From: Chrysomallon squamiferum
Taxonomy: Eukaryota > Animalia > Mollusca
NCBI GenBank assembly: GCA_012295275.1
Contig: CM022665.1
Span: 24,924,001 to 24,988,000 of the forward strand
Length of the DNA: 64,000 nucleotides
Direction of reading: 5' to 3'
Shown: in pieces, positions 40,764 to 64,000 of the stretch
Layout of the letters: every line of letters starts with the position of its first letter
Numbering within the stretch: position 1 is the first letter of the stretch
Notes under the pieces: model-generated
The model's input: only the letters and a program-made list of their open reading frames with translations
What the model was told of the DNA's origin: nothing
Databases searched by the model: none
Made by a program: the position numbers and the translations under genes

Positions 40764-40940
40764 AGTCGTTTCAGAACTTATTGCAATATACTCTGATAAC
40801 CAGTCATTTCAGAACGTGTTCAATATATTCTGATAAGCAGTCATTTCAGAACTTGTTGCAGTATACTCTGATAAACAGTTGTATCAGAACTTATTGCAAT
40901 ATAGTCTGATAAATAGTCAGTCATTTCAGAACTTGTTGCT
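40764..40940. repeat. ~38-bp tandem repeat, ~4.5 copies, internally palindromic
   Basis: Unit AGTCATTTCAGAACTTATTGCAATATACTCTGATAAAC-like. Confidence 0.88.
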
Positions 40941-41432
40941 GGATGATTGTACAGGTATTCACGTTTTTGTGAAAGTTCTATGCAGTGAAAGTTTGTCTGT
41001 GATGATGTATGAAGTTTATGAGAAAAAAACAAACCCAAATGAAGTTATGACATAATGACCATACTTGAACAATTAGCCAATTCTGTTTGTAATGAATGCC
41101 AAAACTGTAAAAATGTGGCCAGTTTTCTATTAACTGTGGGCCAACAAGATGAAGTGCCAAGAGATTTTCAAGTTTGTTGTGTCAAAGATTACATTTATTT
41201 TCATCTCCTCAGAATATTAAAATTTCAGAAGTTATAACATCTTGATATGTCTCTTTTTATTTTACATTAGACATTTTGTGTTTTTTCTCTGTTGAAAATT
41301 AAAGATTCAACATAACAGATAAAATGTGTCAAATGATAATTTTAATTTTAAAATGATTTTACTAGATTTTTATTGAAAAGTTTTAAATTTAGCATATTTT
41401 GTTGTTATAGGCCCTATGAATTTTTAAAGGTC

Positions 41433-41472
<40 letters not shown>

Positions 41473-43071
41473 CAGCTATATTAAATAAAAATGATATCAA
41501 TCTATACTAACAATTAAATGAAAAGTGATTCTTAAATTTAATTGCAATAAAAAAATGAATCAAGCTAAATATTTGAATTTTGGGAATCACTTTTCGTCAG
41601 CCTTCTTCATTACTAACAAAAGCAACTTAAATAAAATCATTTTTCAAATCTAACTGTCTAGTGGGAGTTTGAAAAACATTTGAAAATCTAACAGGAGGAG
41701 ACTAAAGATTTGAATTCTTTCTGAAAAAAGATTGATGAATGAACATGTCAAAAAGAGAAAGTGATGAATTTCAGATTTCTGAACTCTTAACATAACTGTC
41801 TCAAGGCCAGACACAAACTGTGTATATAAACTTCAGTCAGAAGAGAATATAAAAGTGCTGTATATAAGGAAACTATTTATTGTTGTGTATTTATTTACTG
41901 TTGTACCTTGCAGCTAGGTCTGATAGCAAGATGAAAATATAGTGAAAAATGTGTGCCGAAATTAGTGCTTCTGGAAAGTGAGTCAGTTTTTATATCACTG
42001 ATGATTTTATTTTCAGTTACTTTAAACACAGAAATGAAAGTCTGTTACCTGGTATATGCTAAGTTCATTTTCATAAATGCAAAATAATGAATTTTTTACA
42101 TTAATGTAAAATTTAAGTGATGGTGGTATATGGATGGCAAGACATGCAATGGTTACTAATTACCAATTTTATTATTTTGAAGGTCAAAGAAGGTCACTAA
42201 GTGATGGTTAATTATGTCATGGTGTTTTGTAAATGTTTATTGTTTAAAAACGTAAGTCCTTTTTATAGGATATAATATTGTAGTGTTTCATTTGTATCTT
42301 TTTTTACTCTTTATAATAGTTTTAGTTTTATTGTACTAATTATGTTGACCACATAATTATGTTGGAAAAAATATCGTATTATTTATATTTGTGATGCTTT
42401 TTAATTGTTATTTTATAACTAGTATAATTATTTTCATTTGGGTTTTCTTTATTATTTACTGTTACTATTATTATTATTAGATATATTTCAAAGTTTCAAA
42501 GTAATTCTACCTGACAGCAGATCAAACAAACCATTGTAACCATTGTATGTGTAATAATTATAATAACTTATCACTTAAATTTCTAGATGTGTGTATATTA
42601 CATAATGTCTATTAAACTAGTGTTCATGCTACAAGAACTTGCTAAAATGTATATATTGTTAACAAATAGTGCAAAATGCAAAATAGTGCTGAGTTGTTAT
42701 GTCATGTGTAATATACAGTTGTATGTCTCATTGCAGTTCTTTTTAATACTTTTAATTCATGATTTTAACTTTTGTTCTTTTGTCTTTTCATTTAGTACAT
42801 TTTTGTGATGTGCTCAAATACATTTTGTATTTTATAATTTTGTTTTCAGTTTTAGCAGCAAACTCAGGTTTTGTAGATACGTAGTTTTTAATTTAAAATG
42901 GGAGCAAACTAAGATACTACGGGATTGGAAAGTCATAGCCAGTTTTAAAAGTTTTGTATTCTGTCTGAATTAAATCCGAATTAAAATGAGATACTGAAAA
43001 CTAAAGAAAATTAAAGTTGTCATTGCTCAAAGCAAAATATAACAATAAAATTAATAATACTGTTACAAAAC

Positions 43072-43189
43072 GTATGAATAACTTCATTTTATCTTTTCAC
43101 GGCTGAAATCATGATAAAAACATAGGGTCCTCCACACACATGGTAACATCATGATTTCAGCAGTGAAGGGATAAAATGAAGTTTCATAC
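43072..43189 (+). repeat. Long inverted repeat (~42-bp stem, 32-nt loop)
   Basis: GTATGAAtaACTTCATTTTATCTTTTCACgGCTGAAATCATGAT ... ATCATGATTTCAGCaGTGAAGGGATAAAATGAAGTTTCATAC. Confidence 0.9.
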
Positions 43190-44789
43190 AGAGGCTGTCA
43201 TCAAAATGGTCTGCCCTGTACATGATGACTACAGGATTAACGCAGCATCCAGATATAATCTTTAATTATATTTCATTAATTAAGATTTAAAAATGAAATG
43301 TAATTTGAAAGTAAGCAGAACGTGTATTTTTTTCATACCATGAAAGGCACACTTTAATGATGTATTATTAAACTTTGATTTGAAGTTGAAATCTAAGACC
43401 CACTTGCCACTGATACTGGCTTCCAGTGTCTCTGAAAATAACGTTTGTCATTATCTTCCACTTTGTTTGGTATTGTCATTAACACTTTCTTTCAAAAGGT
43501 TTCAGTGGAAACATAACACTTAAAAAAAAAAAAAAAAAAAAAAGGAAACATAACACTTTAAAAAATAAAAAAACACACTAAAAAACCAAACGGGAATGGC
43601 TTTTCAATACCCTACATATTACATGATATTATTTTTGAATATTTTTTTCTTATATATGTCTTAAATACTGATATGATCATTTCTCACAAAATATTTAAAA
43701 ATTCTGAACTAAATATGTCCATAGATTAGATTTTTTAAAACTAAAAAAAATCTATATATTTTAATATTTAGTACCTATATTTTCATGGGATTTTTTTTCT
43801 TCTTTTTTTTTTTCACTCTTTTAAACATGTATAATATATTATTATATATAATTTTGAGGTATATAGTATTATGTGAACTAAGTTTGTTAATAATAACAGA
43901 TATATATATATATTCTGCTAAATGTTATTCAGTATATTTTTATTGGTGTGTATTCATTATAACAGAAATTTTGTTGTTAATAAACAAAAACAAAAATAAT
44001 TAAAATCTGTTTTATAAATATTCTTAGTTAATACAATCTTTAATTATTATTATTTTTTTTTTTTAAGAATGAAAGTTCTGTATTCTTATTTTTAAATAAA
44101 ATGATAAATATTAAAATGCTTATTATATTGAACACAAGTAAGTATTCAGTTTTATTAATTTACAGGACAGTTCTATAGAGAAATCATTGTATTGACTGAT
44201 ATCAAAGATAATTTAAATAAAACTGTGAGATTAAGAATGTCTTTCTATGAATACAATAAGGTCCTTTTTCTATGAAATTAAGGACCTTTTTTTTTTTTTT
44301 TAATTATTATTATTATTTTTTAAATAATAATTTCTTTCTGTGAAATTAAAATTATATACTAATGTGTATATAATATTTATACAGATAAAAATCATTTATC
44401 CTGTTTCTTCACACTCATTGGTAAGTTCATTGTTTTCAAAATATAATCTGGTCTCATCAGTCTACTGTGTTCATTGTGCAGCTATTGCAGCCTATGTAGA
44501 ATAACATCACAGACAAAATGTATTACTTCTGGTTAATGTTTGAGAACACAGGCACACAAATACACCCACATAATGAAAAAAGAAGTTTAGAAAAAAATTA
44601 TAAATAAATAAACGGCAAGGAAATTGTCATAAAAATCTCAAGAAAAATGAACTGACGGATTTCAATAGTAATCATGAAAAAAATAAATTTAAATTCAAAA
44701 TTATAGTAAAAATATTTAAATTAATAAACTATTTTTAATAAATAAAATAATGAAAACATTTTCTATTCCCTATCTAAAATAAATAAATA

Positions 44790-44824
<35 letters not shown>

Positions 44825-45765
44825 TAATAATAATAAAATGAAAAAAAAAAAAAAAAGAAAGAAAAGATATATATTCTAGTTTGTAACATTACAATTTCAC
44901 ATTAAAATTACTTACCACAAAACTAATACTTTGAAGTTAATTCAGACAGGAAACACCATGTTTTAAATGAAGGACACAAAATGCTGAAGATGTTTTTGTG
45001 TGCCAAAGTCACAAATATAAACACTAAACATTAATGAGGAAATGTGAGGTAAGCTGTGATATGGGAAATGACATTTTTACACATTCTCAAACTGAGATAA
45101 AGCGGAGGAGTGCCATGATTCACAGATAAACATTTACATACACAGATAAAACTCAGTACATGAAAGACTTCAAGTTTATATATCTCTTTGTGATGATCTA
45201 CCAGTTTCAGAACTTTATTTGGATCAACTTTAGATGATGTATAAGTATTTTTGTACAAAATTACAGCTTTTCTTCTGTTACTATTACTTTTTTTTATCAC
45301 TATAAAGATGTTCTGCCAATTCTAGAATGTAATTCAGAATTAAGATGATTTGCAAGGTCAAGAATTTATCTTTGGATACAGTAAACATTGTCACAGTTCA
45401 TGAAATTAATTTATATAGAATATCTGGTTCTAGAATTTCTGTTTGAAAATAATAAACATTACTGTTCTAAATCTCAAACTATATTAAAGAAAAAAAAAAA
45501 TTCTAGGGATTATTTAAGTTAATTTATTCTGGTTCTGAAACTATGTTTTTATATTACAAAAATAAAGAAAAAGTTGGGTTTTGGGAGGGTTCTTCTGGTT
45601 CTAGAATATTTTATTTGATTATGTCACATGTTCATTTATTAATGTTACGTAGAATAAAGATGATCTAGAGTAAAGAACACTGGTTCTAAAAATTAAGTAA
45701 AAGAAATAATCTTGGATACAAGTGTTTAAAAAAACTGAAAAAAGGATAACTTTAACAAATATGTA

Positions 45766-45801
<36 letters not shown>

Positions 45802-46255
45802 TCTCATTGTGTTGTGTTTTAAATAGATAACAAGAAGTAATGTGTTTTGTAAAACAGGAGATAGAACAGTTTGTGATATCCGAGCCATAATCTGCCTTTA
45901 CTTGACAGTGTTGTGAAAAACACTAGACTCTTTGTATTATGAATTATAAATTTATATATTATTATTATTATTATTATTTTAGTCGTCCTTTTATTTAATT
46001 TTTGTTAATTTTTTATTTTCTTAATTAAAACTATATTTATACAAATTATAAATTAAAATATTTTCAAATTATAACTAACTTTGATAGAAAACCTAATCAA
46101 CTAATTATTATATTACACTTTTTCATTGTTTTCCTTCTATTTTATTTATTTATTTATTTATTTATTTTTATGTATATCCCAACTACTGAGTTATTAATGG
46201 TAAATACTTTATTTAAAAATGAAATATTTATATACATATATATAGATACATATAC

Positions 46256-46338
<83 letters not shown>

Positions 46339-46517
46339 CACACACATACATATATATATATGTGTGTGTGTGTGTGATAAGTTCTCATTTTTCTTTTGAA
46401 TATTTTATTTTTCACTAGGGCAGAGATTACTGTATTAATGTATACCATATAATTATGGCCCTTAGAAATTAATTTGTCATAGGGCATCATCATTTTATAT
46501 TTGTCACTTTGTCGACA

Positions 46518-46560
46518 AATAAATACCTCATCATGTTTTCTTGTGTTGTTTTTATTTACA
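46518..46560 (+). terminator. Candidate distal polyadenylation signal of the RTK
   Basis: AATAAA (46518-46523) followed by GT/T-rich TGTTTTCTTGTGTTGTTTTT, close to the end of the CpG-depleted domain; many other AATAAA hexamers lie upstream. Confidence 0.3.
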
Positions 46561-46846
46561 GTCACTGTTGATATTTTAACATTTTTACTCTTTGTAACTA
46601 ATGTATAATTACAAATATACAGTCTTTAACCAGTTTCATGGTTTGCTGTGCATATTATAAAATATTTATGACAGTCTGATTTTGCTTGTTACTGAAGAAG
46701 AAACGTCAGTGGTATATAGTTAAAATCACTGGTATGCAGTGAAATTAACTCTGCTTCACTTCCAGTTTCAGCAGCATTTCTATTCTTTCATTCTTTGAAG
46801 ATGGTCCTCATAGATAACAGCAGTTGTAAAAACAGTGATGATGAAG

Positions 46847-46883
<37 letters not shown>

Positions 46884-49800
46884 CATGTAAAACATCAACA
46901 ACAGCAACGGAAAAAAGAATTCTAAGAGGATCGTAACAAAAATAAAAATGTATGAATAAAAGTAGTCACTGGACTGATTTTACAGTCAGTCTGTCTTGTG
47001 TTTTAACTGCACTAAATAAACAATGTATCATTATACCAAACAAGTTTATGTTTCTAAATTCTGTATGCAGTTCAGTTGTTTAAGCATGTATGTTATTTAC
47101 TATGATTAATACCGCTGTTCATCCAGGAAAGAGGGACAATTACGTTCAAGACGGATATCGTGTGATTTGCATCTAACAATAATGTTTTTAGATTTTTATC
47201 TTCAGTACTTATTGTTGGTACTGGCAGTTCATTTGTTTTCAGTAAATTGTTTCAAGAGTTTAGCATATGTCCGAGTAGATTTTATCACCTTTTATTTTTA
47301 ATTATTTATTTATTTTTTCTTCACAAGCCACAAAATGCCGGTTCTTTAACACGCTTTAACAAATAGATAATCGTGTTCTCGAACTGTTGAAAGTCTGCCA
47401 GTTTTACCTTTTTCTTCTCTTTCATCTTTTTGTATGGCGCATTCTAGCCTAACTCTGACGTATATACAGATTTAGTTGCCGATAAACTGAAAATAGCTTG
47501 GAAATCACAAAAACACAACAAAAAACAGTTTGGAAAAACAATACGACAGCGGACTGATACGGAGGGAGGAAAAAAACAAAGAAAAAGAATAAGAATTGTT
47601 AAAGAACAACAAAAAAAAAAAAAAAAAAAAAAAAAAAATGCAAAAACAACCTACAGTGTTTTAGTCTCACAAATTATTTCAGGCATAACGAAGACATTTT
47701 TAAACACAGTTGAACGATTTATTTGAAACAGAAAGAGGTCTTGAAGAAAATGTATAACAGTATAAGACCTTTTAATATGTTTGTTTTGAGTTACCTGTTT
47801 TATTTTTCTTCGATGGCATTAAGTACACTTCTTTGATTAAACTTTTATTTATCTACATAATCATCTTCTGCATTATTGATTATCATCATCGAAGTCGTCA
47901 CCATCACTATTATCATTATTTATTTATTGCTTTGCGTGGACATTGATTTGGATAAGTTTAATAAGTTCGTGTGACTTCTGATGTCCACGAAATAACCTAT
48001 CTGTACTCACGATTTTCACAGAAGTTACGTTCAACAAGTATTTCTAACTTAACAAGAAATATTTAGCCAAATTATCTTCATCACTCAGACTCATATGTGT
48101 ATTAAAATTAGTATTTTACTTAAGGTCTTAGGACTTCACGTTCAAACGAAGTCACGTACACAAAAATAATACACTTATCGTCACTGACAGAAAAGACAGT
48201 TAAAAGCACACATTGCATGGTTTAGTCGACATTGTAGAAAACACTAAGAACATGAGATGTTAAAGAGAACCTGAAAGACACACACCCTGGCTTTGTCAGA
48301 GAGTATGCCTGTCGGAGACGTACTTCACGTTAATTTTTTCACTCACTCACTCAGAGGAATGAATAAATTTGGGTGTTTGTCTGCGAGAGGGGGGATGACA
48401 GTCTCTGTCATTATCTCTCACAAACACATAGACACACACACACACACGTATACACAAAGACAGAAAGGATGAAAGATGCGGAGAGAGACAGAACAAGACA
48501 GTAGTAAAATAAATGTAAAGATTTAAAACGTCAGAGCTGCAGGAAATATTTTGTATCAAGATAATAAAAAAGAAAGAAAAAAAAAAAGAAAGATATAAAC
48601 TGATGAGGTAAACCTAGATATTAGCCATTATAGATTTATAAAAAGTAAATATAATATTTTATTCAATAGTATGTGGAGTCGTAGAAAAAACATGAGAGAG
48701 ACAAACAGAAAAATAAATGCAGAACGAGACAGAAAAGAAAATGATAGAGAAATTGAAATGTCCTTTATATATTCTGAGTTACTCATTCAGGCTTTATGTA
48801 TGACATCATATGCACGACCGCGCGCGTAAGTAACCTTGCGTATATTTTATGTACATGCACTCAGCTCATATCTGACACCTATAAAAATGTCGAAATTTTC
48901 TATTTCTTACACAACACATTCTTTTTAAGTGGCACACGTTGAACTACTGAGCCAAATCTGTTCAATGCCAAATGGGATTGCCATATTGGAATTCCGCATT
49001 TCTAAATTTACACACACAGTAAACAATAAAACTGTTTACCCCACTCTTTGGTGCTACAAACAGACGTCTTCTTTTTCACTCGAACTCTTCTTCTTTTTTT
49101 TTTTTTTTTTTTTTCCATCGTCTTCTGCAGAACACATTATAAGCGCAGTTTATTTTGTCTGTTAACTAGAAAATAGTTCGCAGGCCTCACTGAGGTGCAC
49201 GATTCGGAAAAGTAGCGCAGAAAGGTGTTCTTGTAATAGCTGATGATTAATGCTAACTTACAAGAAGAAAACACAACGAGCGAAACAAAATGTCAAAGGT
49301 ACACGATTTTGTTCTTTATTGTACGAACATCCTGTTTGTGTAAACACCATCCCAGCTTCACCGTACCCATTACAAAAGGATAAAAGACTATTTTAACATA
49401 GCGACACCGAAAAGTTAGTCGGTATAACGGCCCATCAAGGAGGGGACACTTAAAGCTTTTTTCAAGCTTTAGAAAGCCTAATTTATCTCAATATTTTTAA
49501 TATTGTTTTTTGAATGTGTGATGTCTAATTGTGTGGAGTTTAATTTTAAAATTATAAAATTCAGAATGTATTACAATGTAATGTAACAACCTTATAATAA
49601 ATACACGTTGAGGCAATCACTGTATTAACTACTAATTTGTTTTTCAGCGTGACCCAGGATTTGTTTCAGTGATAAAAATAATAATAATAATAAAATTAAA
49701 TTAAAAATTAAAAACAAAACAAACAAACAAACAAACAAAAAAAAAAAAAAAAAAAAAAAAAGAAGAAGAAGAAAAGAATAGAAAAAAGAAAATAGAAAAA

Positions 49801-51098
49801 GAAGAGAAAATACGATTCAAGGGAGGTAATATAACTAATAAGTGTTGTTTTTCAGTTTCGGAGTAACGTCCCTTAGCCTGAAATTATTTGTATGCTATAT
49901 AACTTTTGATGAACTAGTTACGGAGATTTAAGAAACTGTCCTGCAAATTCATCCTCAGACCTGTGCATTTGTTGTGCCGCCGACTGATAAGCCGCTCTAC
50001 ACAGCTTAAAGAGTCTACACTTCCAAGTTTCCTAATTCCAGTGTCCAAGGCTGACAAGAAAATGTTTAAAAAAAAATAGGAATAAAAAATCAACAATAAA
50101 CATCACTAGTAACTGCGGAAATAATATTTATAATGAATACAGTAAGTGATAATACCATAACCACAATAACAACAATATAACAACAAAAGCAACAACGATA
50201 ACAACAAAAACGAACTTACCTTATCGTCTTAAACTTTGTCGAAGATAAAATATTGAATCATTATTATTACTTTTATTTAACATATACAAATAATCCTTGT
50301 TTGTTTCGTTTTCAAATGTGTATTTAAAATCGTGCTATCATCATTTAAATTATATTTATCAAAACAAAAACAAAATGATAAAAAACGACTAAAAAAAAAA
50401 AAAAAAAAAAAAAAAAAAGAAAAAAAGAAAGACAAAAATGGCAATACTTTTATGTGTATTTGTTTATTATGATTTTCTCTGTCAGACTTAATTTAAACTG
50501 TGGTGTTCCTGTAACCTTTTTAATAAGACACATTTGTTGCCTTTGAATGGCATAAGCAGTTTCTTTAGTTAAAACTTATATTTATTTTAAACACTAAATC
50601 TTATTTAGCAAATATATTTGCTTTCTTTCTTTCTTCTTCTTCTTCTTTACTCCCTCCATCGAAAATCCAAATTATTTAACCGTTTTTCTGAAGAGAGGAT
50701 CAAGAAAGACAACCACGCTGACTTTTGTGACCCGTCCCAGTGTAATGGATATACGCGTCAACCGAAAGAAGGAAAATAAACAAACGTACAGGACTGTTAC
50801 ACACACATTAGAAAAGTGTAAACAATCTACACAGATTACTCAGTCATAAAGTCAGAGAGGAGCTCATTTAAACCCATCTTTCAAAGTGCAGCGCCTACTT
50901 TTCCGACTAGTGGACACCGCGAAGACATGTTGTGTCAGATGTGAATCTACTGAGCGGTTACAGGCTATCGATCACAGCTGACAACCGTGTGACATGAACG
51001 AATTTATGTTTTATACTATTTTAAGTTATTAAAACATATCCATGAATGAGTAAGTCCTTTATTTTATTATTTTAATCTAATATTATCTAATCTCTCTC

Positions 51099-51133
<35 letters not shown>

Positions 51134-51466
51134 TAGATTAGATTAGATTAAAATTATTATTATTATTATTATCATTGTCGTTGTTGTTGTTGTTACCATC
51201 ATCGTTATTAGTGTTGTTGTTGCTACGGTTGCTGTTAATAATTTTACCCTTTAAAAAAGTTAATTTTACTTCTGCAATTCCATTTAATTCTAACAGAGAG
51301 AACAAAAACGGATGCAAATGCTTCAAGGGTATGAAAATGACCCTAAGACGTCGACCCTAAGTATATCTAAAACCCACTACTAGATGCACAGATTAAAATT
51401 TGGAGAAGATTTAATTACTTGTCTTGTATATTTATATTATTTATATTAACACACCAACACACACGG

Positions 51467-51497
<31 letters not shown>

Positions 51498-52157
51498 TAT
51501 TCGCTTGTGTTTGTGTGTATATTCGTGTGACAGTCCTAACTGAAAGTCCTAACACATTCCAGTCGTGTCGTTTGAATTTATTTATTTTATTTGCTGCGTT
51601 CAGTCGATGATGACGGTACGGTTACCATCTGTCGATTGTACGTAGACTGATTTCCAACATTATTGTATACAATAACTATTTAGAAAATAAATCTACCAGT
51701 TCTTCAGAATGTAACATTTAAACAAATCTCCTGATTTAGATTAACTAGTATACTCCTAGATTTGTGCTTGCACATAAAAAATACTGATTTAGAAATCCAG
51801 CATTACATTTTGATCTATTAACGTTCATCATTTTCTGACTAGTGCTTCTGCTGTTTGCTGGTCATTCTGTTATCCTTGACACCTGTTTGACAGGATCCTG
51901 TATAGACTATAATATATTTTTTTCGATCAAACTAATATAAATAAATAAAAATCGTCATATTCATATTCAAATTTTATTTATATTTAATACATAATTAACA
52001 TTCAAACTTCACATACAATTGTTACATTCATTTATGATTAAGATTTAGAAAAAAAGAAATAATATTTAATTTTAATAAAGATTAAATTTGATAAATAACG
52101 TTATATTAGATTAAAAGAAAGCAATTAGGTAATCTTCTTTGTTATTGTTAAACATTT

Positions 52158-52199
<42 letters not shown>

Positions 52200-52284
52200 G
52201 ACACTAATTAAATACATCAGTGTCTGCTAAGCATTTGTATTATTATATCATACATATATTTTACACAATGAAATACTAATTAAA

Positions 52285-52368
<84 letters not shown>

Positions 52369-53456
52369 TATGTAATAATAAGTGATAATAGCACAAAATG
52401 GCAACACTGATCACTTTCAAACTGAGCAGATAAAATATATTACGCCATTTAATACGAAAATAATGTTGAGCATTAGCAATACAGTTTGTGCAGGTGCTGT
52501 GGTTATAAATACGTGATAATTTCACTTTAACATTCGAAGGCCATATCCTCGTTTTGCTAAGTGGTCACTGCGACTTTATACGTTCACAACATATCTTAAT
52601 TTATCCAAAGAAGTCTCTGTACAAAATCGTTTAAGTATAAAAGAACGTAGGAAATCTTTGTAGACGATTTTTTCTTTCGCATTCGTTTATTCTTGTAATT
52701 ATCCGTTCTGTTTCTTCACTGGTCTTTCTTTCTTTTTTCTTCCGTTTTCTGCCTTCTTTATGCCGTTTTTCTCTTTCTTCTTTAATTTCTGTTATATTAT
52801 TTTATTTATTTTCTCACCTGTATCCTTTTCGCAAGAGAATATTGATTTTTGTATTATTACAACAAAGTCTTCGCCACAAACAAGATCTTACAGGCTGTTT
52901 GAATATTAATAGGGTTGGCCATTAGAGACAAACTGTTAATTCATTTCAATACGATTTTAAAAAATCAGTTATTTAATTTACAACGGTCAAAAGTTATTTC
53001 CCCTTTTAAAATGATCTGTCACAGAAAAAAGAAAAAAAAGGAGAAAGAAAAACCAAAAAAAAAAAACCAAACAAAAAAACCCAAAAAACAAACCAATAAC
53101 AAACACGAATATCGTGTTTTTCCATCCATCTGTCTTGTGTATGTACATACCTGTACATACCTGCGAATGTCTGTATAAACGTATTATGTGTGTTTGAATG
53201 CGTAGATATATTTCTTTCTCAAATAGATTTTCCCACTACCTAATAACACATACTCCGATCTATATAATGTTATCACTCCTTACTCTTATTCCATTCGCAT
53301 TCAGATTGAAGAAAAAATCCACAACATAATTATTAGTCGTATTCAACAGATCTCTCCCTGAATTTGTAGTACGAATCATGTATTCAGAATATCTGAATTT
53401 GTTTGCATAGCATACACTAGAAGAAAGGTGATTCCGAATTTCGTTTATCACAAGCG

Positions 53457-62423
<8,967 letters not shown>

Positions 62424-62561
62424 CTGCAAAAAGAAAACATATTACTATAGTATGAAAACAAATATCATTAGAGTGAGGTTTCTTTTTGTTGTTGTTTTTT
62501 CGGGGGGGTTTATGTGGGTTTTTTGTGTGTGTGTTTTATTTTTATTTATTTATTTATTTTA

Positions 62562-62610
<49 letters not shown>

Positions 62611-62799
62611 TTAGATTTATAAATTTATTACACGAGGATATTTCAGTGCATAGTTTTGTCTCCAAGATGAAGAATTTTAAATAATTGCTAAACTAACTGA
62701 ATTTGGAATATATCATTCTCTTCAGCATCCTCCTCATCATTGTTGGTTCTGTTGTTGTAGTTGTAGTTGTAGTTGTAGTTGTTGTTGTTGTTGTTGTTG

Positions 62800-62855
<56 letters not shown>

Positions 62856-64000
62856 TTCTAAGTTATTTCCATTTCCGAACCTTTCACTACAAACACCTTA
62901 TCAAAGGTCGTTGCCTTTATTCTTTATGCAGGACTATAAGATATTAATTTTATTTCTTTTTCGTTATTTTGGAAAAACAACCGTCAGTATTAAAATGAAA
63001 ACTGAGTCGTTAAATAAATATTTCTTCATTTAATTATTATTGCTGTATATGAGAAACAGACTATCGGAATATCAAAAATGTAATAGGAACAATATAATAA
63101 TAATAATAATAATAATCGAATGTTTTTTTTTTTTTTTTTTTAATTGTTGTTGTTTTATTTGTTTAATTTTATTTATTTTATTTTATTTTATTTTATTTTA
63201 TTTTATTTATTTTATTTGTTTTATTTACTATTATTATTTTTATTTGTTTCATTTATTTGTATTTATTTATTTATTTTGTTTTGTTTTTGTTTTTGTTTGT
63301 TTTTGTTGTTTTTTTGTTGTTGTTTTTTTTGTTTGTTTAATAACTGAAGATTAAATGGTTAAATTATTGTAAACCCAGTTTTACACACCTTTTAATTAGA
63401 AAAAGAATTTATTTCTGTTATGTAATTAAAACATCACCAACAACAACAAAAGTAAAAAAAAAAAAAAAAAAAAAATCCCATATTTATTTGTCCATGCTAG
63501 AAGGTGACGTATTCATCAAGTCAGCCCATCTCGTGTCGTGTCGTGTTATGTCGACATATTCCGCTAGTCATACATGCAAACCGCTATGTAAATCGTAATC
63601 AATGGGGAATAAAACAACGAAGATTTATGCTTATTGATAGCAATCAAAACATGCCCTTGGGACCAGTCGGCAGTAACAAGTGAACGCTTATTCATTTGAT
63701 TATGCCACTCCATTGCTCGGCAATTACACACGCCTGCAGACCTGCCAGCCTGCTGAGAACATTCAGTAACGTCTGACGTTAAGTCGACAGGCAGCGTTTT
63801 AGAACGAAATGCAAATGACTAGACCGGTTACCACACGCGGTTTTCGACTGATACGTAACGGGATCGAAATGTTAAAATGTACGAGCTGTAATTAAACAAG
63901 CATTTTGTTTATCTATTTATTTATTGTTATTATTATCATCTTCTTCTTCTATATATTTTTTTAAAACAATTACAATTTTGTTTTCTTCATTATTAGATAA

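Noticed and set aside
44917-44985. Minus-strand exon candidate with GTAAGT donor
   Set aside because: Stops in all frames and a weak acceptor.

Overview
AT-rich, microsatellite-dense animal genomic DNA. A mollusc, probably a gastropod, is inferred from the repeat relics and protein families and is not proven. Nearly all ORFs in the supplied track are microsatellite artefacts. Two convergent multi-exon genes were reconstructed by hand from GT-AG splice sites with consistent intron phases. (1) Plus strand, 7325-39755: 17 coding exons, 2760 nt, 919 aa without the N-terminal signal exon (not found). It encodes a receptor tyrosine kinase with a Cys-rich N-terminal module, about three FN3-like repeats, one TM helix and a RET/FGFR-type kinase, i.e. 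a Torso-like architecture. (2) Minus strand, 62423-53457: 7 coding exons, about 399 aa without the signal exon, encoding a three-Ig, probably GPI-anchored Lachesin/DIP/IgLON-like adhesion protein that the ORF track misses entirely. Its Ig2 has an extra Cys replacing the Asp of DxGxYxC, and an in-frame alternative donor 24 nt downstream adds a possible partner Cys: a candidate splice-controlled disulfide switch. The RTK gene body (about 6.5-47.1 kb) looks strongly CpG-depleted and the flanks, including the Ig gene, do not, consistent with mosaic gene-body methylation. Also present: a complete TA-flanked Tc1/pogo-type MITE, decayed SINE-like relics, several minisatellites and a long hairpin in the putative RTK 3' UTR.
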